Positions 47,816 to 56,839 of a stretch of 64,000 nt of DNA are shown here, in pieces (the stretch's first letter is position 1; each line of letters opens with the position of its first letter). The stretch is from NCBI GenBank assembly GCA_001779195.1, contig MFJL01000019.1, positions 27,192 to 91,191 on the forward strand, in the 5' to 3' direction. Position numbers and translations under genes: made by a program. This DNA comes from Candidatus Gottesmanbacteria bacterium RIFCSPHIGHO2_02_FULL_39_11 (GTDB lineage Bacteria > Patescibacteriota > Microgenomatia > 2-02-FULL-39-11). The notes beneath the pieces are model-generated. The model was given only the letters and a program-made list of their open reading frames with translations. It made no database searches and was not told the origin of the DNA.

Positions 47816-48973
47816 ATGTCATTGAGAGACTTTAAGACGATAGAAGAAAGAAGAAAATATATTGAAGATGAAACTCACAACAAATTCTCTTCGATATCTT
47901 TATTTCCGGATAAGTTAAAGGAAGCATCGCAGACCAATTGTGAAAATATGATTGGGGCGGTATCTATTCCTTTAGGAATTGCAGGACCGTTAAAAATCAG
48001 AGATCAGGGATCAGGGGTCAGGGATCAGGAAGTCTATGTTCCTTTAGCAACCACAGAAGGAGCATTGGTAGCTTCCGTAAATCGGGGATGCAAGGCAATT
48101 TCAGAAAGCGGGGGAGCATATACGGTTGTTGAAAATTCAGGAATGACACGGGGAGCTTCATTTAAAACACAAAGTCTTAAGCAGAGTTTAGAGCTTCGTG
48201 AATTTATTAATATCCATAATGAGGATATAAAAAAAATTGCATCATCTACTTCTTTTCATCTTCAGTTTAAATCTGTATTTACTAAAACATTAGGAAGAAG
48301 TGTTTTTGTGAGATTTTCTTTTGATTGTTCTGAGGCAATGGGAATGAATATGGCGACAATTGCTGTCTCTAAAATTTGTAACTATTTAGAAAAAGAAACT
48401 CAAGCTAAAACCATTTCGGTTGCCTCAAACTTTGATGTAGATAAAAAACCTGCTTGGCTAAATGTGATTTTAGGAAGAGGAAGGCAGGTATGGGCTGAGG
48501 TTGAGATTTCAGATAAAACCATCGTATCGGTATTAAAAACAACCGCACAGAAAATGCACGAATTAAATATTCAAAAAAATCTTTTAGGTTCATCTCTTTC
48601 AGGGTCCCTGGGGTTTAATGCTCATTTTGCCAACATTGTTTCTGCGTTTTTTATCGCAACCGGTCAGGATCCGGCTCATGTAACTGAAGGAAGTTTAGGC
48701 TTCACAACGACTGATCTTACAACCGCTGGAATTGCGGTAAGTATTTACATGCCCAATGTAAATGTAGGGACAGTAGGAGGGGGAACTAAGCTTGCCTGCC
48801 AAAAAGAAGCACTAAGTATATTAGGCATCACAGACGGCTCTTGTAAGGGAAGCGCTGATCTTTTAGCTTCTTATTTGGGAGCAGCAGTTCTGGGAGGAGA
48901 AATATCCCTTCTTGCCTCCCTTGCAGAGGGAAGTCTTGCATCAACTCATAAAAAATTAGGAAGAGGAAAATAA
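47816..48973 (+). CDS. Hydroxymethylglutaryl-CoA reductase (class I-like)
   Basis: ENMIGAVSIPLGIAGPLKI and LATTEGALVASVNRGCKA are diagnostic HMGR motifs. Confidence 0.9.
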   Translation: MSLRDFKTIEERRKYIEDETHNKFSSISLFPDKLKEASQTNCENMIGAVSIPLGIAGPLKIRDQGSGVRDQEVYVPLATTEGALVASVNRGCKAISESGGAYTVVENSGMTRGASFKTQSLKQSLELREFINIHNEDIKKIASSTSFHLQFKSVFTKTLGRSVFVRFSFDCSEAMGMNMATIAVSKICNYLEKETQAKTISVASNFDVDKKPAWLNVILGRGRQVWAEVEISDKTIVSVLKTTAQKMHELNIQKNLLGSSLSGSLGFNAHFANIVSAFFIATGQDPAHVTEGSLGFTTTDLTTAGIAVSIYMPNVNVGTVGGGTKLACQKEALSILGITDGSCKGSADLLASYLGAAVLGGEISLLASLAEGSLASTHKKLGRGK

Positions 48974-50013
48974 TGAATGTCGACATCTTAGGCTATGGAA
49001 TGTACGTGCCCTATCGTCGAATCTCGGTTTCTGAGATTGCCAGCGTCTGGGGAAAAAATAAAGACGAAATAAGTAAATCCCTGGGGGTCAGCCAAAAATC
49101 AGTTCCCTATCTGGATGAAGATGCGGTAACTTTAGCATATGAGGCAGCATCTGAAGCAATTTTAAGAGCTCAAATTAACCCAACTGAAATTGAGGCGTGT
49201 TTTGTAGGATCTGAATCTCATCCGTACGCGGTAAATCCCACCTCAACTATTGTTGCTGAATTTTTAGGAATAGGGCATAAGTATCTTGCAGCAGATCTGG
49301 AGTTTGCCTGTAAAGCGGCAACGACAGGAATTATTGCAACGGCAGGACTTATCGCTTCTTCCCAAATTAAAACCGGACTTGTTATTGGAAGCGACACAGC
49401 GCAGGCAAGACCTCATGATATTTTGGAATATACTGCAAGCTCTGCTTCCGCTGCATATATTTTAGGAAAAGATAAAAATAAATCGATTGCAACCCTTCAG
49501 GGAACGGTTTCCTACTCGTCTGATACCCCGGATTTTTGGAGAAGAGACGGGGTGAGGTTTCCCAGTCACGGAGGAAGATTTACCGGAGAACCTTCTTATT
49601 TTAATCATGTACTATCAGCCTCCAAGATGCTTCTTGAAAAAACAAAGACAACACCTTCCGACTATACATACGCTGTTTTTCATATGCCAAACGGGAAATT
49701 TCCCCGGGCGGCTGCAAAACGACTGGGTTTTTCTGAAAGCCAGATCGCCCCTTCTTTAATAGTTGATCATATAGGAAACCCCTATTCTGCTTCTTCATTA
49801 TGCGGACTGGGCGCTGTTTTGGATATTGCCAAGCCGCAAGATAAAATTTTTGTGGTTTCCTATGGATCCGGAGCCGGATCAGATGCATTTTCATTTGAAG
49901 TAAACAGTGGGATATTAGAAAGAAGAGGAAAATCAAAGTCATTTAAAGATTTCATCAGCTTCACAAAACAAATTTCTTATGTTGAATATTTAAAGTACGG
50001 AGGAAAGATTTAA
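48973..50013 (+). CDS. Hydroxymethylglutaryl-CoA synthase (archaeal-type)
   Basis: The family fold is a thiolase-like condensing enzyme, and GYGMYVPYRRISVSEIA is typical. Gene order with the thiolase and DUF35 matches the archaeal HMGCS/thiolase/DUF35 complex. Confidence 0.82.
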   Translation: MNVDILGYGMYVPYRRISVSEIASVWGKNKDEISKSLGVSQKSVPYLDEDAVTLAYEAASEAILRAQINPTEIEACFVGSESHPYAVNPTSTIVAEFLGIGHKYLAADLEFACKAATTGIIATAGLIASSQIKTGLVIGSDTAQARPHDILEYTASSASAAYILGKDKNKSIATLQGTVSYSSDTPDFWRRDGVRFPSHGGRFTGEPSYFNHVLSASKMLLEKTKTTPSDYTYAVFHMPNGKFPRAAAKRLGFSESQIAPSLIVDHIGNPYSASSLCGLGAVLDIAKPQDKIFVVSYGSGAGSDAFSFEVNSGILERRGKSKSFKDFISFTKQISYVEYLKYGGKI

Positions 50014-50018
50014 AGTTT

Positions 50019-51161
50019 ATGACACCTGTAAGAATTTTATCAGGAGCGGTGAGTAAATTCGGAGAACTTTGGGATGTGTCTCCCCGTGATTTAGTAAAAG
50101 AAGTTGTTCAGAAGGCATTAACTGAAGCAGGTCTAACCACCTCATCAATTGACGGTGTGTTTGTGGGAAATATGCTTGCCGGAACTTTGGGCAATCAGGA
50201 TCATTTGGGAGCTTTTTTTAGTGAAGAGTTGGGTATTTTTAGAGGATCCATTAGCGTTGAGGGAGCATGTGCCTCCGGAGGTTTGGCTGTTCATAGCGGT
50301 GTAATGGCTATTCTTTCCGAGTTATATCACCATGTTTTGGTAATTGGTGTTGAAAAAATGACAGATCATAAGCCTGAAGATGTTGCCAAAGGCCTCATGG
50401 GTGCAGGCTCCTCAGCAGAACGGGAATCAGGGGCGACTTTTCCCAGTCTGTATGCGCTTATGGCTGTTGCCCATATGGAGAAATACGGAACAACCGAGGA
50501 ACAGATGGCCGCAGTATCCGTCAAAAACCATTTTCATGCGAGTTTAAACCCCAATGCTCAGTTTCATACTCCTATAACCATTGAACAGGTGATGAAAAGT
50601 TCATGTATCGCCTCCCCCCTCAAACTTCTGGATTGCTCTCCTATAACAGATGGAGCAGCAGCGATTATCTTATCGAAAAACAAAACGAAAAACGAGATAA
50701 GTATTATTGCTTCCTCTGTTGAAACAGATACATTAGGAGTTGCAGAGAGGGAAAGTTTGACCAGTCTTGCCTCATCAGTACATGCTTCAAAAGAAGCATA
50801 TGCACAGGCTGGTATTAAACCTTCCGATATTGATGTAGCTGAAGTTCATGATTGCTTTTCAATTGCGGAAATACTGGCGATGGAAGACCTCGGTTTTTTT
50901 CAAAAAGGTGAAGCAGCAGAGGCAATTTTTGAGGGGAAAACGAAACTAGGATCCAAAAAACTTGTGGTAAATACCTCCGGAGGTTTAAAAGCATCCGGTC
51001 ATCCGGTGGGTGCAACCGGAGTTAAGCAGATAGTTGAGATTTATGAGCAGCTTAAAGGAAAAGCAGGAAAACGGCAGGTAGATGGTGCAAAGATAGGACT
51101 TACCCATAATGTCGGAGGATCAGGAGCAACGGCGGTTATACATATTTTAAGGAGAAATTAA
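50019..51161 (+). CDS. Acetyl-CoA acetyltransferase (thiolase, archaeal-type)
   Basis: The thiolase active-site region is VEGACASGGLAVH, with C-terminal GATG and NVGGSGA motifs. Confidence 0.85.
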   Translation: MTPVRILSGAVSKFGELWDVSPRDLVKEVVQKALTEAGLTTSSIDGVFVGNMLAGTLGNQDHLGAFFSEELGIFRGSISVEGACASGGLAVHSGVMAILSELYHHVLVIGVEKMTDHKPEDVAKGLMGAGSSAERESGATFPSLYALMAVAHMEKYGTTEEQMAAVSVKNHFHASLNPNAQFHTPITIEQVMKSSCIASPLKLLDCSPITDGAAAIILSKNKTKNEISIIASSVETDTLGVAERESLTSLASSVHASKEAYAQAGIKPSDIDVAEVHDCFSIAEILAMEDLGFFQKGEAAEAIFEGKTKLGSKKLVVNTSGGLKASGHPVGATGVKQIVEIYEQLKGKAGKRQVDGAKIGLTHNVGGSGATAVIHILRRN

Positions 51162-51162
51162 C

Positions 51163-51259
51163 GTCATCCCGGGCTTGACCCGGGATCCATTCCTTATGGT
51201 GTGTGGATTCCCGCCTTCCCTAAAAAGCGAACTTTTCAGGGTAAACGCGGGAATGACAA
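51163..51259. repeat. Compound hairpin repeat element downstream of the thiolase
   Basis: gtcatcccgggcttgacccgggatccat followed by tggattcccgcc...gcgggaatgacaaa. The first hairpin is identical to the one at 7732-7761. Confidence 0.6.
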
Positions 51260-51268
51260 ACAACTCTT

Positions 51269-51571
51269 ATGATTAGCCCGGTAAAAATTTGGAGAAACCA
51301 GAAAAAAATAGAAGCACTTCTTGGGAAAGTCGGAGAAATTGTATCCTGGACAAAGGTTTATGTTCCCCCCGCCGGATTTATTTCTCAAGCCCCTTATATT
51401 GTTGCGGTTGTAAAGCTTAAGGAGGGAAAAAATATTATCTGCCAGTATGTAGACTGGGGGGAAAGAGAACTTGTTATTGGACAAAAAGTAAAAACCATAT
51501 TAAGACGTACCCAGGAAAGCGATACGGATGGGGTAATTCCCTATGGAGTTAAAGTAAAACCTGTTAATTAG
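51269..51571 (+). CDS. DUF35 OB-fold/Zn-ribbon protein (scaffold of the thiolase/HMG-CoA synthase complex)
   Basis: The ~100-aa protein shows the OB-fold pattern YIVAVVKLKEGKNIICQYVDWGERELVIGQKV. Its position after the thiolase matches archaeal operons. Confidence 0.65.
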   Translation: MISPVKIWRNQKKIEALLGKVGEIVSWTKVYVPPAGFISQAPYIVAVVKLKEGKNIICQYVDWGERELVIGQKVKTILRRTQESDTDGVIPYGVKVKPVN

Positions 51572-51651
51572 GTGTCAGGTGCTAGGTTTTAGGTGTTAGA
51601 TTATTATTCAACGTTTTTCTTATAACCTATAACCTTAAACCTATAACCTTA
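51570..51651. repeat. Inverted pair of heptamer arrays (AGGTGTC/AGGTGCT/AGGTTTT ... TAACCTA/TAAACCT)
   Basis: aggtgtcaggtgctaggttttaggtgttag ... ataacctataaccttaaacctataacctta. Confidence 0.5.
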
Positions 51652-51661
51652 TTTATTGTTT

Positions 51662-52621
51662 ATGCAAATTACTGTTTCGGCACCCGGCAAAATTCATCTA
51701 TTAGGGGAACATGCAGTCGTATACGGATATCCTTCTCTTCTTTCCACAATTGATAAGCGGTTAGAAGTGATATTGACCCTACTTGATAAATCAAACGATA
51801 CCAAGGAAAAAATTCAGATTCAAACCCCTGAAGGAACCGGTCTTATTTATAAATCACTTGAAATTTTTCAGAAAGCCGCCAGACTTTCCCAGTTACCTCC
51901 GCTTCACATTAAAGTTGAGTCAGACATTCCAGTGGGCTCAGGTCTTGGTTCATCTGCAGCTTTATCGGTTGCTCTTATGGGGGCATTATTTAAAGGGATA
52001 AAAAATTTGTGGAATCCGGTTAAGATAAATGAACTTGCATATGAAGTGGAAAAACTCCAGCATGGAAATCCTTCAGGAGGAGACAACACAGTTGTTACAT
52101 TTGGAGGCCTTGTCTGGTTTAGGCGCGAAACAGAATTTCTAAAATCCATTTGGAATTTGCCTTCTGCCTCTTATCATCTTCCCTCTCTTATTCTTATTGA
52201 TTCGGGCCGTCCCAAAGAGACAACCGGAGAGATGGTGTCCTATGTAAATAGACTCTATACCCAAAAGAAAACTTTTTATGAAAATATTTTTAAGGACCAG
52301 GAAAGAGAGACGCGAAATCTTTTAAGTGCATTAAAAAAGGGAGATAGGGAAAATGTAAAACGCGCTTTTTATCGGGGTGAGAAAAATTTGGAAAAAATGG
52401 GGGTTGTAGGTAAAAAAGCACAATCCCTTATCCGTTCTATTGAAAAGCTCGGGGGGTTTGCCAAAATAAGCGGAGCCGGAGGAATAACAGAAGGAAGCGG
52501 AATGATTCTATGTTATCTATCTAATTTTGAAAAAATAGAAGAAATTGCTAAAAAATTTGGATGTAATATTCACAAAGTAAACCTGGGAGTGGAAGGAGTA
52601 AGGATAGAAAATGGAGAATAA
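51662..52621 (+). CDS. mvk: Mevalonate kinase (GHMP kinase)
   Basis: APGKIHLLGEHAVVYG and PVGSGLGSSAALSVAL are present. The ATG is at 51662, because the track start at 51656 is a TTG. Confidence 0.85.
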   Translation: MQITVSAPGKIHLLGEHAVVYGYPSLLSTIDKRLEVILTLLDKSNDTKEKIQIQTPEGTGLIYKSLEIFQKAARLSQLPPLHIKVESDIPVGSGLGSSAALSVALMGALFKGIKNLWNPVKINELAYEVEKLQHGNPSGGDNTVVTFGGLVWFRRETEFLKSIWNLPSASYHLPSLILIDSGRPKETTGEMVSYVNRLYTQKKTFYENIFKDQERETRNLLSALKKGDRENVKRAFYRGEKNLEKMGVVGKKAQSLIRSIEKLGGFAKISGAGGITEGSGMILCYLSNFEKIEEIAKKFGCNIHKVNLGVEGVRIENGE

Positions 52622-53534
52622 GATTACGGTTACCGTTTGCGGAAAAGTGATGCTTCTGGGAGAGCACAGTGTAGTTTATGGAGGATTGTGTCTTGCAAGT
52701 GTTGTTAATAAATACATAACCGTAACTGTTGCTCGGAGTAGTACCAATACAGATGAACTTTTTCTTCCTGACAAAACAGGAGATCAATTTATCCTATCCT
52801 CACTTAATTCTTTTCGGAATTCTTATAAAACCCCTCCGTTATTAATTCGTACCACATCTGATATCACCGGATTCGGATTGGGGTCATCATCTGCTGTTGT
52901 CATAGGAATTGTAAAGGGAATTTCTTCTTTTTTATCCCTGAATCTTTCAGATAGGGAAATCTTTGATATATCCTACCGTGCAGTTCTGGGAGTCCAAAAA
53001 GTTGCCTCAGGATTTGACATAGCTACGTCTTTATACGGAGGGACCATTTTATTTAACGGAAAAACAAAAGTTGCAGAAATACTTTCAAAAGAAAATTTAC
53101 CAATAAGTGTTTTTTTCAGCGGAAAAAAAGCAAGCACGGTTTCATTAGTTAAAAAAGTAAGAAATGTCCATGAAAAGAACCCGCAAAAGCTAAAAGATTT
53201 TTTTGGAAAAATTGAAGAATGTGTGACCGATGCAAAAATTGCTCTTATAAAAAAAGATTGGGAAAAATTGGGAATGGCTATGAACAAAAACCATTCCATA
53301 TTAAAACGTATGGGAGTAAGTACTCCCTATCTTGATTGCATCGTACAGACGGCTCAAGAGAGGGGGGCATACGGAGCGAAACTATCAGGTGCCGGAGGAG
53401 GGGATTGTGTGATTGTTCTTACACCTACTGATCAAAAAGATAAAATTATTTCATCTCTTGAGGCAATTGGAGTAAAACACCTTAATATTTCAGTAGGAGG
53501 GAGTGAGGGTGTTAGAATAAGTACATTACTATGA
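52611..53534 (+). CDS. GHMP kinase, probable phosphomevalonate kinase
   Basis: VCGKVMLLGEHSVVYGG and GFGLGSSSAVVIG are present. It sits between mvk and mvaD, as in Gram-positive mvaK1-mvaD-mvaK2 clusters. Confidence 0.6.
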   Translation: MENKITVTVCGKVMLLGEHSVVYGGLCLASVVNKYITVTVARSSTNTDELFLPDKTGDQFILSSLNSFRNSYKTPPLLIRTTSDITGFGLGSSSAVVIGIVKGISSFLSLNLSDREIFDISYRAVLGVQKVASGFDIATSLYGGTILFNGKTKVAEILSKENLPISVFFSGKKASTVSLVKKVRNVHEKNPQKLKDFFGKIEECVTDAKIALIKKDWEKLGMAMNKNHSILKRMGVSTPYLDCIVQTAQERGAYGAKLSGAGGGDCVIVLTPTDQKDKIISSLEAIGVKHLNISVGGSEGVRISTLL

Positions 53535-54496
53535 AACAAACTGCAGTTGCCTGTTCCAACATCGCATTTATCAAATTCTTCGGAAAAAAAGATGAGATGC
53601 TTCGCATCCCCATGAACAGTTCAATTTCCATGAACTTAAAGAATGCTACAAGCACGACAACGGTTGAATTTTCAGAAGAGGTTCACACGGATAGTATCAA
53701 TATGACAGATAGAGAAAAAGAAAGAATTGTCACCCATCTAGACCGGATAAGAAAGATTGCGAAAATTTCCCTGAAAGCAAAAGTAGTCACTGAAAACAAT
53801 TTTCCCAAAGGTAGCGGAATTGCCTCATCTGCATCCGGATTTGCAGCACTTACTGTTGCTGCGACAAAAGCGTTAGATTTAAATTTATCGGAAAAAGAAC
53901 TCGGTATGTTATCTAGAGTTGCTTCAGGGTCTGCATGCAGGTCAATCCCCACAGGATTTGTAAAATGGGAAAAAGGAACAAAAAATGATGATTCTTATGC
54001 ATTTTCCTTATATCCCCCCTCCTACTGGAATTTAAAAGATGCAGTCGTTATTGTCGATCGAAATCAAAAACCCATAAGTACATCTAAAGCTCATGGATTA
54101 TCCTGCACCAGTCCTTTTCTTAGTAAACGTTTTGAGGGAATGGATGAAAAAATAAAAGAATGTGAAGGTGCTTTAGCAAAAAAAGATTTTGAAAGATTAG
54201 GAGAACTGATCGAAAGTGAGGCTTTAAATATGCATGCGGTTATGATGACTGCACATCCATCCATATTTTATTTCCGACCCGGAAGTATTTCTGTTATGGA
54301 AACGGTATGGAAACTTAGAAAAGAGGGAATACAAGCATATTTTACTCTGGATGCGGGACCAACGGTGCATGTAATTTATGAAGGTAAGGAAGAGGATCGA
54401 ATTTTGCCGGTTCTTAAGAAATTAGAAAGTGCAAAAGAGATTATTGTAAGCGAAGTTGGAGAGGGAGCAAAAATTATCTCAGACCATCTTTTTTAA
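53531..54496 (+). CDS. mvaD: Diphosphomevalonate decarboxylase
   Basis: SNIAFIKFFGKKD and GSGIASSASGFAALTVAA are present, with the SGSACRS catalytic region. Confidence 0.85.
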   Translation: MKQTAVACSNIAFIKFFGKKDEMLRIPMNSSISMNLKNATSTTTVEFSEEVHTDSINMTDREKERIVTHLDRIRKIAKISLKAKVVTENNFPKGSGIASSASGFAALTVAATKALDLNLSEKELGMLSRVASGSACRSIPTGFVKWEKGTKNDDSYAFSLYPPSYWNLKDAVVIVDRNQKPISTSKAHGLSCTSPFLSKRFEGMDEKIKECEGALAKKDFERLGELIESEALNMHAVMMTAHPSIFYFRPGSISVMETVWKLRKEGIQAYFTLDAGPTVHVIYEGKEEDRILPVLKKLESAKEIIVSEVGEGAKIISDHLF

Positions 54497-55207
54497 ATGA
54501 AAAAAGTAAAAATACAAAATATTCCTAAACATGTAGCTTTTATAATGGACGGAAATAGAAGGTGGGCAAGAGAACGTAAGCTCCCACTTCTTCAGGGACA
54601 TAAAAATGGAGAAGATAGAATTGAACCTTTAGTTGACATGGCAATTGAATATCATATTCCTTATCTTACTTTTTGGGCTTTTTCAACAGAAAACTGGAAG
54701 AGATCTCCTGAGGAAGTTGGCTATCTTTTGAGTTTATATAAGAGAAATTTGGACAAAACCGTGGATGTATTTCGTAAAAAAAATGTACAAGTTAAAGTGA
54801 TTGGAGATTTAAATAAATTCCCTAGAGACTTACAGCAAAAAACAGCCAGATGGATAGAACTGACCAAAAAGAATAAAAGTATTACCGTAATCCTTGCATT
54901 AAGCTACGGAGGAAGAGATGAGATAATTCGTGCTGTGAATAAAATATTAAATAACAAAAAACAAATAACAAATAACATAAAAATTACAAAAGAAGATTTA
55001 GAGAAAAACCTAGATACAGCGGGAATTCCTGATCCAGATCTCATGATTAGAACAGGTGGAGAGAGACGACTTTCAGGCTATCTTCTTTGGCAAATGGAGT
55101 ATGCCGAGTTTTATTTTACGGAAAAATACTGGCCAGAATTCACACCTGAAGAATTTGTCAAAGCCCTACAGGATTATTCAGAACGGATAAGAAGGTTTGG
55201 GAGGTGA
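54497..55207 (+). CDS. uppS: Undecaprenyl diphosphate synthase (cis-prenyltransferase)
   Basis: HVAFIMDGNRRWA and GGRDEI are present, with the C-terminal RTGGERRLSGYLLWQ. Confidence 0.9.
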   Translation: MKKVKIQNIPKHVAFIMDGNRRWARERKLPLLQGHKNGEDRIEPLVDMAIEYHIPYLTFWAFSTENWKRSPEEVGYLLSLYKRNLDKTVDVFRKKNVQVKVIGDLNKFPRDLQQKTARWIELTKKNKSITVILALSYGGRDEIIRAVNKILNNKKQITNNIKITKEDLEKNLDTAGIPDPDLMIRTGGERRLSGYLLWQMEYAEFYFTEKYWPEFTPEEFVKALQDYSERIRRFGR

Positions 55208-55215
55208 CGTGAAGC

Positions 55216-55310
55216 GTCATCCTGAGCGACCCGAGCTTATCGAGGGGAGTCGAAGGATCCCAAACGGAATCTAGACATAAACGGGATTCTTCGCTAAGCT
55301 CAGAATGACA
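55216..55310. repeat. Compound hairpin repeat element downstream of uppS
   Basis: gcgtcatcctgagcgacccgagcttatcgaggggagtcgaaggatcc followed by ggaatc...gggattcttcgctaagctcagaatgacaatg. Confidence 0.6.
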
Positions 55311-55982
55311 ATGAATTTTCTAGATTTTCTTTTTCCCCGTCGCTGTGTCTCGTGCGGAAAATTAGGAGGATATTTTTGCAGGAAATGCGCAAATTCCATT
55401 CATTTTTTTGACGAACAGATTTGTCCGATTTGCGCAAAGCCTTCAATTGACGGAAGAACTCACATTAAGTGTCAAACTTCACACACAATCGATGGATTGT
55501 ATAGCGCTGTTTATTTTAAAGATGCAATTAAAGACGCCATCCATCAATTTAAATACCAACAGATAAGTGATTTATCAGAGGTACTGGCTAAAATACTGGT
55601 ATATAAGTTTCCCACCCACCTTATTCATTTTGATTTTTTATGCAGCGTGCCTCTCTACCGATCGCGTGAGAAAGAGAGAGGATTTAATCAAAGTTTTTTA
55701 TTGGCCAAACATATGGGACGTATATGGGGAATTCCGGGAACAGATAAGCTTTTGGTTCGTACGAAAAAAACAGTCCCTCAGGCAGATTTAAAAAAAGAGG
55801 ATAGAGAAAAAAATGTAAAAGATGCTTTTTCTTTATCAAGAGATATCAATTTGACAGATAGATCAATTGGACTTGTTGATGATGTCTCAACCACCCGCTC
55901 AACTCTTGTGGAATGTGCCAAAATTTTAAAACGCGCTCATGCAAAGTTTGTCTACGGAATCGTGATTGCGCATGGGTCATGA
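55305..55982 (+). CDS. comF: ComF-family protein (phosphoribosyltransferase domain with an N-terminal Zn finger)
   Basis: CVSCGK...CRKC...CPIC is the Zn ribbon, and the C-terminal PRTase motif is IGLVDDVSTTRSTL. The start may be at 55311. Confidence 0.78.
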   Translation: MTMNFLDFLFPRRCVSCGKLGGYFCRKCANSIHFFDEQICPICAKPSIDGRTHIKCQTSHTIDGLYSAVYFKDAIKDAIHQFKYQQISDLSEVLAKILVYKFPTHLIHFDFLCSVPLYRSREKERGFNQSFLLAKHMGRIWGIPGTDKLLVRTKKTVPQADLKKEDREKNVKDAFSLSRDINLTDRSIGLVDDVSTTRSTLVECAKILKRAHAKFVYGIVIAHGS

Positions 55983-56131
55983 TATAATAAACAGCTAGTT
56001 TGACCTGAAAGTATTTTTAGGGTTTACCCTAAAAATATTTTTAAATTTACGAAGTAAATTGGCCGAATTGCTTTGCAATTCAAAAATATTTTCAGGGTTT
56101 ACCCTGAAAAATTTGTTTACAAATTTTTTAG

Positions 56132-56218
56132 GGAGGAGTCGCATAGTTGGTCCATTGCGAGAGTTCGCTAAACTCTTGAGCCGCAAGGCTCGCGTGGGTT
56201 CAAATCCCACCTCCTCCG
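56132..56218 (+). tRNA. Type-II (long variable arm) tRNA, probable tRNA-Ser (anticodon GCU)
   Basis: The hand-folded cloverleaf has acceptor GGAGGAG/CTCCTCC, a 3-bp D stem, anticodon stem AGAGT/ACTCT with loop TCGCTAA, a variable hairpin GAGCC-GCAA-GGCTC and a T arm GTGGG-TTCAAAT-CCCAC. Position 33 is C. Confidence 0.7.
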
Positions 56219-56221
56219 CTT

Positions 56222-56512
56222 ATGAAAAAAACTAACTTAAACCACATTAAAAGAAAAACACTTCCTATTCTAAAAGAGGCTGGGGTGACTCGATCTGCTC
56301 TTTTTGGTTCTTATGCCAGAGGAGAAAATAAAAATGAAAGTGATATAGATATTTTAATAGATCTGCCTCAGGATAAAAGTCTATTTGATTTTGTAGACTT
56401 AAAATTAAAACTACAAGAAGCCTTGGGAAGAAACGTTGACTTGGTTGAGTATATAAGTATAAAACCGCAGTTGAAAAATAGTATTCTAAAAGATCAAATA
56501 CAGATTCTATGA
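56222..56512 (+). CDS. mntA: Nucleotidyltransferase antitoxin MntA
   Basis: LFGSYARGENKNESDIDILID is the minimal nucleotidyltransferase GS...D.D motif. Confidence 0.78.
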   Translation: MKKTNLNHIKRKTLPILKEAGVTRSALFGSYARGENKNESDIDILIDLPQDKSLFDFVDLKLKLQEALGRNVDLVEYISIKPQLKNSILKDQIQIL

Positions 56513-56838
56513 AGAGAAGCATAGGTGTCTATTTAGACGATATTTTTCAAAGTATCCGGTTAATTGAAGAATATACGGAAGGCTTAACCAAAAAGAAGTT
56601 TTTAGACAGTATTGACAAACAAGACGCAGTCTTAAGAAGATTTGAAATCATTGGGGAAGCCGCACGTCACATTCCGCTTGAATTTAGAAATAATCACCCT
56701 AAAATTCCCTGGAAAAAAGCAGTGGGAATGAGAGATGTTATGATCCACGGATATTATGAGATAAATCTTGATCGGGTATGGAACACTATCAAGAAAGACT
56801 TACCCAAATTTAAAGAACAAATTGAGGAATTAATTTAA
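56509..56838 (+). CDS. hepT: HepT (DUF86) toxin
   Basis: VGMRDVMIHGYYEIN is the R-x4-H-x-Y HepT motif. It overlaps mntA by 4 nt. Confidence 0.78.
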   Translation: MKRSIGVYLDDIFQSIRLIEEYTEGLTKKKFLDSIDKQDAVLRRFEIIGEAARHIPLEFRNNHPKIPWKKAVGMRDVMIHGYYEINLDRVWNTIKKDLPKFKEQIEELI

Positions 56839-56839
56839 A

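Noticed and set aside
47998-48030. Short tandem repeat cagggatcaggggtcagggatcagga, checked as a possible CRISPR or microsatellite
   Set aside because: It lies in frame inside the HMG-CoA reductase gene, where it encodes DQGSGVRDQ. It has only about three imperfect 8-9-bp units and no spacers, so it is a coding low-complexity repeat and not a CRISPR array.
56001-56120. Two copies of a ~30-bp near-palindromic motif (aaagtatttttagggtttaccctaaaaatattttt / aaaaatattttcagggtttaccctgaaaaatttgttt) upstream of the first tRNA, considered as a CRISPR-like or attachment-site repeat
   Set aside because: There are only two copies, with no spacer-repeat periodicity and no cas genes. They are more likely a tRNA promoter or UP-element-like palindrome, and are noted only as a possible regulatory sequence.
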